Shown: positions 54,892-64,000 of the stretch, piece after piece | Numbering within the stretch: the stretch's first letter is position 1 | Layout of the letters: each line of letters opens with the position of its first letter | Source: Cyanidioschyzon merolae | Lineage: Eukaryota | Direction: 5' to 3' (one strand) | Length of the DNA stretch: 64,000 bases | Assembly (NCBI GenBank): GCA_000091205.1 | Contig: AP006500.2 | Translations under genes and position numbers: made by a program | Notes under the pieces: generated by a model | Seen by the model: the letters and a program-made list of their open reading frames with translations, nothing else | What the model was told of the DNA's origin: nothing | The model's database searches: none

Positions 54892-56736
54892 ATGCCGCAC
54901 GAAGTATGGTAACCAAAGAACATCGTTCTCGTTTAGGAGATCACAGCGCCGTATGGTTGGGAAGTTTGTTAGCGAAAGGAAGTCCCTTGTTCGCGACTTT
55001 TCCAAAAGCGGGTGGAGGAGATGCCCACATCGCGTTTCGGGACGACCTAGAGCGTCCTGGATGCTCCTTTGGATGCAGCCTATCGAATGTAGCTGCTGCG
55101 TAAACGTTGCTTCAATGAAACGGACGCCGGACTGGACCAGTGGAACTGACGACAATTCGGGCGAAAAATTCCGATCCGCTGTTGTACGCCAAGCGCGACC
55201 GCCCATGCTTCCGTGTTGCCTATATCCTCTATCCATGGACAAGCGCACGCGGCTGGATAGGCTCCTCCATGCAGGAGGCGAGTTATCCGCCAAAGCATCC
55301 AAGCGATGATACATACAGACCGCCACGCAGCACGTATGTGCAGTTGGTACGGCGCCCGCAAGGTCATCCGGTCGATTGATTGATCGATTCTCAGTCCCCG
55401 AATGCCGCAGAGAACAAGCGACTCGCGGAATGCATAACCGTCTGTGAAAGCATGCTGAGCGATTCCCTGGTTAGAGGCAGCAAATACGCTGCCCGAGGAA
55501 TCCGATCAAAGTCATCGATCTTGTACCATCAAGTGCAATACCACCACTTTTGGACGTCGGGCTGAACAGTGCCGACCTACGCTAGCAACGTCGTCCCTTT
55601 TAGGAACGAGGCAGAGGCGGCCTCTGAACCGGCGGCATTACTCGAGCTCGCCGTGGCGCCCTGCTGGATCTCCCGACACGACTACGTCACCAGGCAACCT
55701 GGAATACAACCGGACGCTTGTCGAAACGCTTCCGTTTTCCTTGATATGCCTTGTGCTGCATTCCGTCGAGCATGCTCCACGTGAGCCGATGACGCCTGTT
55801 ACCGTTACCAGCCATTGTAGGCGCCTGATGCAGCACTTGCCTCTGAACGCTTGCAGACTTTGCAATCCTCATGGAGTGCGCGTTTCGTGTGGGCGATCAT
55901 GGCTTGGAAAGTCGCACGCCCGTCAGTGTAGATCGTGAGAGCGCTCCGCGATGTGCTCAGCTTGTAGCCGTCGAGCACTTTCGGGTAAAAGCTGAAGCAA
56001 TGCATATCGATATGCGGCGTATTCGCGAACGAAAACTCGCCTGTGGTGCCAACCGCACGAAAGAGCACCTATACGTGCGACCGTTTTCGAGAACAGGCTT
56101 CATGCCCGAGCGCCGGTCTCCATACCAACGATGACCATAAGCGGGAAGGTTCAGGGTCCCGGGCGTGCCCTGCGGATACCGAATCCGTGATCGAGCAACC
56201 ATCTTCCAACCGGTGCGACTGTGCGGCAGAGAGAGACCGGGAGGCCGTCCGTTCCGGTTCTCCCGCAAGTACCATGCCAGCTACGCAGTGCATCCGCGCC
56301 ACCAGCAGCTGCTTTCCTGGGAAGCGATGCCATTCGCCGATCGCCAAAGACCTTGTGAAACGCATCGGCCGTGTTCTCTACCGGAGCTCTGAACCAGGGA
56401 TCGCACGAGCTGCCCGCAGCAGTGCTTTCCTAACCCATAGTCATTCAGCTTGCGCTCCAGCAGCGGCTGTGCAACACTCTGTGTGGTGCGAATCGAGGCC
56501 CCAGATTGCATCTGAAACCGCGCACAACTCTCGAGCGCATTGTTTCCCGATAGGCGCTAGGGACAACGTGACCATGCCAGTTTGCTCTTGAGCCGCACGC
56601 ACATACGTATGAAACCTCCACAGTACACTGATACGTACACACACGTATACGAAGTGGCAATCCGTATGCATGCAGCTCTTCGACGCTCGAGATATCTACG
56701 TGTGCCCGGGGATTCCCCAAGCCGCTCCGGCTACGT

Positions 56737-57846
56737 TCACGCTCGCGATCTCGTTGCAAGCAGTAGCGCACGAATATGGCGTGCACAAATGAGAATACCG
56801 AAACGTCCCAGGTCAGTATCTGCCTTGTGTGAAGAGGACCACTTGCATCGACCTTCGAGGATGCCGATCAAGCGAGGATCCGCATCTTCTGCGTTCGCCG
56901 CTGCCTTCGAGCTCAATGTTGACACCTCTACCACCGGGGCACCGCAAAGTCCCCATTCCAGACGCTCGTTGCTCTCGATCATATGCCGACCTGCACAGGC
57001 TTCGCCCAAATGTGTTGAAATCCGCAAGCTCGGGTGTAAATCACAGAGCACCGCGCGCCTCTCTGTATAATAGAGCGCCGCCTTCCCGAAGGCATCGAGT
57101 TCTTCGGGCCCTTGACCCTGCGACTGCTCCCAGCCACTCAGCTGGACTTGAACGCCAGGGGCCGGCGATGCGCACTGCTCCGTTGAAATCCTCATTCCAT
57201 AGGAATGGGGTTCGGCCCCGAGACTAGCGATCATCGCTTGTGGATCTCGGATGCGGAGCATCGCAACGTCATGACCCGCGGGATGGAACACCACCATCGA
57301 TGGATCCCCCGGAGCATGCTCGCGTGGCAGCTGTAAGTCCGCCGACGTCCGTTGATGTGTCGCCATTACCAACACCTCCACCGGCGCTATCGAGGGTGCC
57401 CCAGCGATGCCACTCTGATGCGCACCCGCTGACGTAGCCGGGACGCACGTACTGCTAGGCAACAAGTGCGTGTTCCGAATGCGCAAAGATGCGTCCGCGT
57501 CCTCCAGTGCTGCTGGAACGTCTCGATCCAGGGTAGCGCCACCCGGCCCGATACGATGAACGGGCCACGCGAGCCGTAACGCACCGTCCAGCGTACGAAA
57601 CTCTAGCACATGTCGGCAGTCGATGTCGCGGACGTATTGCAGCCAGCCTTGGGGGAAGTAGTGTCGAAAGCGTTGTGGCGCCGCGACATGAGCTGATACA
57701 ACAGCGTGCGCGAAGCTCGCGCCTTCACTGTCGCCATGTACAAAACAGCCCGAGCCGCGGGCGAGTAGTTCGAAGCTGGACATGCCGAGACGTGCGCTTC
57801 GGAACCACGAAGCGTACGACAGTACTGATGCGAGCTGCTTGGCCAT
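56737..57846 (-). CDS. Hypothetical protein, 369 aa
   Basis: ATG confirmed (cat 57844-57846); long ORF with no overlapping better candidate. Order HAVVSAHV ... DVAMLRI ... GLCGAPVV is faintly reminiscent of a chymotrypsin-fold triad with Cys nucleophile, but the spacing is atypical. Confidence 0.3.
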   Translation of the reverse strand: MAKQLASVLSYASWFRSARLGMSSFELLARGSGCFVHGDSEGASFAHAVVSAHVAAPQRFRHYFPQGWLQYVRDIDCRHVLEFRTLDGALRLAWPVHRIGPGGATLDRDVPAALEDADASLRIRNTHLLPSSTCVPATSAGAHQSGIAGAPSIAPVEVLVMATHQRTSADLQLPREHAPGDPSMVVFHPAGHDVAMLRIRDPQAMIASLGAEPHSYGMRISTEQCASPAPGVQVQLSGWEQSQGQGPEELDAFGKAALYYTERRAVLCDLHPSLRISTHLGEACAGRHMIESNERLEWGLCGAPVVEVSTLSSKAAANAEDADPRLIGILEGRCKWSSSHKADTDLGRFGILICARHIRALLLATRSRA

Positions 57847-59259
57847 TCGCGACGGTTCCAGTTAGGTCCTGGTGCCAACCAGAGCGCTTTTGAAGGAAAG
57901 GATCGTCCCCGAGGCCGGGGTCTGCTGAGAACTCCAGCCCTGTCCGAGGCAAACGTGGACCGTTCGCGTCACCGTTCAGTGGACGGGGGCTCCATTCATT
58001 GTTGCAGCACGCACTGCCAGAGAGCCTGATCGTCCAGAGTAACTTGTACCGAAGCCGCTAACGCTCAACCAAAGCTCCGGCACGGCGGACTCCAGGGTAT
58101 CCAAAGTGGGAAGGTTTGTCGCTGCACTGCGTCAAACAGTTTCCTAGAGCAAAGTTGCGTTCCAAGTCGGGTCTTCTCTAGTCTTGCAGGTCAATAGTGT
58201 TCCGCACCGGACGTGTGTCAAAGCGTGCGATTTCATGGTAGAGAGCATGCGATCGAAATCACGATGCAATATACCATACAGATCGTGGACGAAATGCCTG
58301 TACGACATATGCTTTACTGAACAGTACAAGGAGGACTGCAATCTTTCTTCGGGTGAGTCGTACATCAGTGCTCAAATGGCTGAGGATCACTGCAAGAGAG
58401 AAGGATATGCTCTCCGTGCCAAAAACTGATATGTTCAAAGTCTGCTTCCAGTCTATGGCAGGGAACGGCCCGTTGATCACCTTACGGAAAGCGAAAGCGA
58501 CGATAGCGGCTGGCACAGGCATCCCTGTTTCACAACCTCTTGTTCGCGTGGTCCTTAAAACACTGGGAAAAAAGTCGTAATAAAACAGTCCTAGTTCACG
58601 AACGCCCATTTTCCACCGAAATCGCATCTGCAGTATTCCTGGAGCGTTGAGATCCGCGTGAAGCGCGTGGACATTGGTTTGTTTTTTCAGTCGACGAGCC
58701 TCCCTTCGGACGAAACGGTCGGGACGTACATGGGTATTCGGGGTGAAGGGAGCTTGGTGTCCAAACGATTGAACTCGGAGAGATCGACAAGATCCTCTGT
58801 GGTCGTTACAAGGGATTCATCTGGCGGCCTCAGTTTCGCTCTTGCAGAATACTCAGACAACAGCACCCGCTATGTCGAATCATCGAAGAGTTTTCCCTGG
58901 CGTTTGGTGACTTGATTGAAAAACGTGGTATTTCACCATTCGCCTTGCATTCGAGCGTTTGCCGATTCTATCAGGGGTATAGCTGTTTTCCATTCCTTCG
59001 TAGAGTCCATGGTTCAACCACGCATCGACGGATGATTTTCTATCGCGAAGCGTATTGATCGCTCCACTGGGCAAATCGCTGGAGCGTTCACCAAGGTGAG
59101 CCGGGGGCAAATGTCGACTTTCTTCCTCAAGTCCCTCTCACGCCGAGAAGGCCCTCAACTAGGGACATCACGCAGTGCATTCATTTTCAAAAATAAGAAA
59201 TCTAATGGATGCGCTGGGTTGTACACCTCAAAAGGTTGGGATGGAGAGAAGGCAGTGGA

Positions 59260-59570
59260 GCGCTTCGGCGATTGAAAAGCACGGAGAGCTGACAGAGCAC
59301 CAAACGGCACTGAGGGCAAGAGTTCGAGGAATCCTTGCAATGATGAGTACCACCAGCATCAGTAATCGCATGGAATTCGTAAACCGAGGCTTCAACGCTG
59401 CTATCCATATCAGACGATGTACGTTGTTGAAGACGAGACCCGGGGATTTGAGGCGAACCAACTTCCTGGGGCAGCCTCTGATGCTCGAAGTGTGCCTAAA
59501 GAAACTGATTCCGATCGCATGCGGCAGATCAAAAAGACTGGGCGGCGCCCGTCAGTTGGTATGAATTCAG
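59260..59570 (+). mobile_element. Copy D: 5'-truncated 3' fragment of the Fanzor/TnpB-like element
   Basis: Track ORF 59175-59564 encodes ...AIEKHGELTEHQTALRARVRGILAMMSTTSISNRMEFVNRGFNAAIHIRRCTLLKTRPGDLRRTNFLGQPL..., co-linear with the C-terminus of copies A and B and including the RuvC-III-like NAAIHI motif. It ends with the hairpin CAGATCAAAAAGACTGGGCGGCG. Confidence 0.5.
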
Positions 59571-60358
59571 TCTGTATTCATTTATAGGAACAGAAACGAA
59601 CCTTTATTTAGGAGCGAGATAACAATCCCGTTCTCTATCTACGATAAGCGTTGATAGGGGGAAAGTTTCCGCATGGTCGAGAGTTCGCCTTCTAGGCGGA
59701 AGGCCAGCGAGACGGACGAGTCTACCAAGCTCGTGCTTCATGCTTCCTCCAGTGGCAAGTGTTTTAGTGAGATCTGAGCAGCTCGTCCGCAAAACGCAGC
59801 TCATTCTGGGATCAGGTGCAGTTAGGCTGCATCTGGGCGTCGCCCTGGTCGCAGTGGACTCCTAGGATATCGCTTCACGCTGCCGCAGGCTGTACGTCTG
59901 CCAGTGCAGCTTGCAGGCTCGCAGAATGATCATATACTTCGACTCCGTATCAGGTGAAGCGTTCCTCGATCCGACGTGCTCAGTGGCGTGCCAAAGCCGT
60001 TCTATCCCCATGATACATCTGCTCCAGCGATATAAGCGCCACGGCGAGCGCACAAAACAGGTACTCGGTGAACGATACAACATACGAAACGGCCAGTATA
60101 TCCGAAAGCAAGTATGGGAGATGGAAATTCAAGGTAGTTGCTTCATGACGGGCGCTTTCCCGAAAGCCATGATCCATCCCGCAATCTGGGATTCACGGTC
60201 TATGTAAACGTATTTGCATCGAAAAGGAATCGGACATAAGTGCGGGAACCGCTTTCTGTCGAGAGCGACGTTCCCTTGTATGCCCGTGGCCTCCTCTGGC
60301 TGTGCACGGTCTTCATGCGTCGTTCGCTTCCATCTTTTCCTGATTTGAGACGCTGAGG

Positions 60359-61885
60359 ATGCACCGAACATACCCAGGTGCCCTGGACAGTGTCTCGCGT
60401 TGGTTACAGCAGCAGTCTCGAATGGTGCCCGCCGAACAAGGCTCTCAGCTAAGAGCTTTCATCAACTTCAACCAGAGCGACGCGGCGCGTTTACAACAGG
60501 TTTACGAGGAAAAGCTAGTGCAACGACTCGCAGCTGAACAGCGACTACAGCAGGTTCGTCAACAACTAGCCAGTGCCCAGGCGAGACTGCTCCAGCTCGC
60601 CGCTGCTGCTCCTGCTATCGAGTCGGACGCTGATCCTGCTGCACAAACCCGCCGGGTATATCGCTTTTTCCGCGACGCTCAAACAGCTGTTTATGGTGAC
60701 GAGAAACCGGCACGGCGAAGTCGGTACCGACCTGAGCCAGTTCGCAGCGAGCAGGCAGCACCAGCATCGACTTCTCCGCTTGCAGTCGATCCGACGCTCG
60801 AGCGCGTATCCAGTGTCAGCAACCAATCCCATAGCAGCGGAAGCATGCCCGATGCGGACGATGCTCGAGCTCCCTACGCAAGCGCTTCGCTCGCGGCAAA
60901 AGTCACCGAGCCGCCTCCGAGTATACACTGCGCTATCATTGCAAGGGCCATCACCGCGTATCGAAAACGACGCGAGGCGCCCCGTCAACCGAACCTGAGC
61001 GACTGCTTGCCGCCAGCAACCATTCGGATAGCAGCACCAGGAGGCGGAGGCGGAGCGCAGGAGCCAACGATATCGAATATTCACATCGGAGACTGGGTCT
61101 GGGTCATCTCCTACCTAGATCGGAATCATGGGTTGTGGCGGTGTCTTGTTCGACCGCCGCGATACCGTGGTCAAGGCCGATTAGGGGTCTTTGCGACGAG
61201 GTCTCCGCATCGCCCAAACGCGATCGGTATCTCCCTGGTGCAAGTCTTCGATATGCAGCCAGCGGTCTCGTCAGCGTCGAACGAGGCGGCCACAGTGGAC
61301 CTCATTGTACGCGGTTGCGACCTCCTGAACGCGACACCGATTCTCGGCATTGAACCCTATCAGCGTGCGTTGCACGATCAGCCGCGAGCGCGAGTTGGTT
61401 GGCTCTCGACGGAAACAGCGCTCACGATGCCCATCTGGGATGATCTGCTGGCATCAGAGGCAGCACGGGTGCCAGTGCGCGTACTCTCCGACGTGGTTCG
61501 TGACAAGCTGCAGTGGCTCGTTGCTCACCTACCGGCAGTGGATATCGAGGCTCGCCTGCGCGCCGTCGCCTTTGCTCAACAACAACAACAACAACAACAA
61601 CAGAAACATGAACATGCAGCTGCGAAGACCGGTTCGTCAATCAACTGTTGGCTACCTCCTGGTGATAACGGACGAGATACACTATGTTTGGGTGCATATC
61701 GACTCCGCTACCGCTACGATGAGGCGTCGGGAACGTTCTACGTGCTCGATATTCAGTCCGGTTTGCGAGCTGCTGTTCTCCAGAGTCCAGATGAGCGCCA
61801 AACTGACCCGGAAGTTGCCGAACACTGGGCATTCTGTGAGCGCTTTGAGTGCTTTCCTGCGAGCACGCCAGCACCAACACCATGA
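60359..61885 (+). CDS. TRMO: tRNA (adenine37-N6)-methyltransferase TRMO (TsaA/YaeB family) homolog with polyQ insert, 508 aa
   Basis: ATG at 60359. The TsaA-like core is DWVWVISYLDRNHGLW...GVFATRSPHRPNAIGISLVQVFDMQ...VDLIVRGCDLLNATPILGIEPYQ (compare RSPxRPNPIGLS and LDGTPVLDIKPY). There is an in-frame (CAA)n run (QQQQQQQQQ) at 61577-61600. Confidence 0.7.
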   Translation: MHRTYPGALDSVSRWLQQQSRMVPAEQGSQLRAFINFNQSDAARLQQVYEEKLVQRLAAEQRLQQVRQQLASAQARLLQLAAAAPAIESDADPAAQTRRVYRFFRDAQTAVYGDEKPARRSRYRPEPVRSEQAAPASTSPLAVDPTLERVSSVSNQSHSSGSMPDADDARAPYASASLAAKVTEPPPSIHCAIIARAITAYRKRREAPRQPNLSDCLPPATIRIAAPGGGGGAQEPTISNIHIGDWVWVISYLDRNHGLWRCLVRPPRYRGQGRLGVFATRSPHRPNAIGISLVQVFDMQPAVSSASNEAATVDLIVRGCDLLNATPILGIEPYQRALHDQPRARVGWLSTETALTMPIWDDLLASEAARVPVRVLSDVVRDKLQWLVAHLPAVDIEARLRAVAFAQQQQQQQQQKHEHAAAKTGSSINCWLPPGDNGRDTLCLGAYRLRYRYDEASGTFYVLDIQSGLRAAVLQSPDERQTDPEVAEHWAFCERFECFPASTPAPTP

Positions 61886-62227
61886 TCGACGACTCTGGGT
61901 ATTTGATAGTCGCTTGCAGTACAAAAGGCCCAGCGACTGCACCACAGCGTCCGTCAGTGGTGGCCCATGCGTGTGTTACGCTTTCGCGTAGGTGTTCGCA
62001 ATATGCAAGTCTCGACAAGATATACGACCGGAAAGCATGCATCTCGCTGGGTGCTCTCCGTTTCCGTACATATATGTACGAGAGAGACGCGGCGAAATAT
62101 TGTGCAATCAATGGATATTACTAGTCAATATGTACAACCAGGAAACGTTTGCCCAGCTGGGGCGCTGCGATACGGGCGTGCTAGCCGCTACGTCCCGCCT
62201 GCCTCCGCCGTCCATGTCGAGTGCACC

Positions 62228-63564
62228 CTATGCGTATAACCTGTGGACGGGGCGAAAACCGCACAGCACGCTGCGACCGTCGGAAGCAATAACCCGTACG
62301 GTGTCATTTGGCTCAGCAGTAGTCGGAGCTGCTGTCCATGCCCCGAGACTTGGTCGTTGTCCATTACGGGAAATAGGCCAGTCGGCAGTCAGGGCGTAGG
62401 TACGCGCGTCCCAGAATCGAATGGACCCATCGAAGCCGCTAGAAACCAGAAACGCACGAGGTGATTCACCGCTGGAGGACATCTCGTGACTTCCGGGCAG
62501 CATTCCGAACGCCAGACCGCTCAGTGCCCCAGAGTGTGCTGGTATCCAGTACAGAGGCGACCCCTGGCCGGTGCCTAACGAGCCACTCGATGTTTTTGTC
62601 GCCCCATGAAAGCCACACTGTCGCACATCCCAGATCGCAACGATACCCGATGCAGTAGCACTGGCCACATGCCAGCCGTTTGGATGCCAGCGGACGAGTA
62701 CCTGCCGATGCCCCAGCGTTGTCGATGCCGGTGACGCGAGAGGGCCCGAGTCCAGGCCGAACACTTTGGCAGTTCGAATGTCCCAGAAAGCTGGTCCGCT
62801 CCAGGTTGCTGCGAGGGCAACCAACGCACCATCTGGATGGACGTCGACGCTCGATAGCAGAGGCTGCGACGCGAGAGCGCTCCCGGATGCAGCACCTGCT
62901 ACATGCACCTGCTCGAGGATTCGGAAACCGCATGGCTCTGCTGCGTCCATGACTGCGAGTCCAAGCGAGGCTGCTGCATCGCAGGCAACGAAAGCAGGGA
63001 CGCGCACATGAGCTGGTAGAAACGAGATGCCTGTAATAGCGGGTAATGCTGTCGCAGTCGATGAGCACGATGTGACGAACAGGGGAGCAGGTTTCCAGAC
63101 TCGTTGTCTGGGATGCGCTTCCTGCGGGAATGCGTCTCCCAGTTGCATATGCGCTTCCAGTAGCGTGACCGTCCCATCTGCAAAGCCGGCAAGACTGAAG
63201 AACTTGCCGTTTCCGAGTCCAGTCGCTGCCGTGCTCTCTGGAGCTGCAGTTGACGGCAGGTGTGCACGTACCAGGGCCGTGACTCGCCCCGCACCACCCT
63301 CTCGGAGCAGCGACAAGGTCACTGGAGCGTCCGCTGCGGGCGCGGCCGGACTAGAGGTGTCCGACAACGACTGCAGATGCAGAGGCCAGCGTCCTAGCCA
63401 TACGCGGCCTGCGAGGTCACCGATCAGCACCACCAGCACCAGCGAAGCGTCTACTGAGCCGCCCGCAGAAGCGCTTCCCAAAGCTACCGGTAGCAGCTGG
63501 GTCGTCACCCGCAACGAGGACTCGTTCAGGGTGCCCTTCGCTGCGAGTTCCCAGCTCGTCCACG

Positions 63565-63599
<35 letters not shown>

Positions 63600-63703
63600 G
63601 GTTGCCAGGGTTTGGCGTACAGCGTGGGCAGCCAGTGTGCTCGCCGTGCTGCGGCTTGCCGGAAACTATCCTCGGTGAGCTGTGCTCGAAATTCGTGACT
63701 CAT
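62228..63703 (-). CDS. WD40-repeat protein with N-terminal polyQ, 491 aa
   Basis: ATG confirmed (cat 63701-63703). WD-like units include GIVAIWDVRQ and SGFDGSIRFWDARTY. A (CAG)11 tract (plus-strand CTG, 63566-63598) encodes QQQQQQQQQQQ. Confidence 0.55.
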
Positions 63704-64000
63704 GGGTGCTAGCTCCCGTCACAGATAATCAAGACACACATTCCGGGGACCGGAACAGCGCAAGGTCCCCAGAAGCCCCGTCCAACGCTCTGTTTCCACC
63801 AAGGCACCGTGTAAACCGATAACGGGTGCGTTGTTTATCCACCAGCTTTTCAGGCTGTGATGCTTCCTTATGGGGCACGAAAATTTCTGGACCACCCGGA
63901 TCAGCACGTCCTTTTCGTTCTCGTTTATAGTTCACTCGCAGATGCTTACGAATAGCATGAGATGAAAAAGCTCACGCAAATACTTCATGCTGTCACTGGT

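Overview
This 64-kb window looks like compact, GC-rich eukaryotic nuclear DNA; I cannot name the organism from sequence alone.

The main hunt result is a family of four related insertions (A, B, C, D) that I read as a eukaryotic TnpB/Fanzor-like RNA-guided-nuclease element.
- All four are degenerate.
- They share a conserved 3' hairpin and, where the 5' end is present, palindromic left ends.
- The two near-full-length copies (A, B) each end about 80 bp upstream of a host gene's ATG on the same strand.
- This needs profile-HMM and RNA-seq confirmation; I could not run either.

Host genes are mostly long uninterrupted ORFs on both strands, and about 19 are recognisable:
- an RFT1 flippase (partial, runs off the 5' edge)
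- a VOC/glyoxalase-fold protein
- a PSMD9/Nas2 proteasome chaperone
- an IMP2-type inner-membrane peptidase
- a 2,139-aa helical-repeat protein of unknown function
- a SHAQKYF-type Myb protein
- threonine synthase
- CHMP1/Did2 (ESCRT-III)
- SURF4
- KTI12
- a glycogen/starch-synthase-like GT-B glycosyltransferase
- D-2-hydroxyglutarate dehydrogenase
- NF-YB, an NADPH oxidase, TRMO and a WD40 protein

At least one gene (NF-YB) has two short spliceosomal introns with yeast-like signals (GTAGGT donor, CTAAC branch point, CAG acceptor).

The six-frame ORF track uses alternative start codons (TTG/GTG) translated as M, and it omits ORFs that run off the window edge. I therefore moved several starts to the first ATG and added one edge-truncated gene.

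Non-coding structure that the genes do not explain:
- a ~147-bp x ~3 tandem repeat
- a 10-bp satellite of about 37 copies abutting a (GGC)10 tract
- a 41-bp x ~5.5 minisatellite
- a perfect 19-bp inverted repeat
- an inverted GATA-site palindrome in the Myb promoter
- several in-frame trinucleotide repeats (polyQ)
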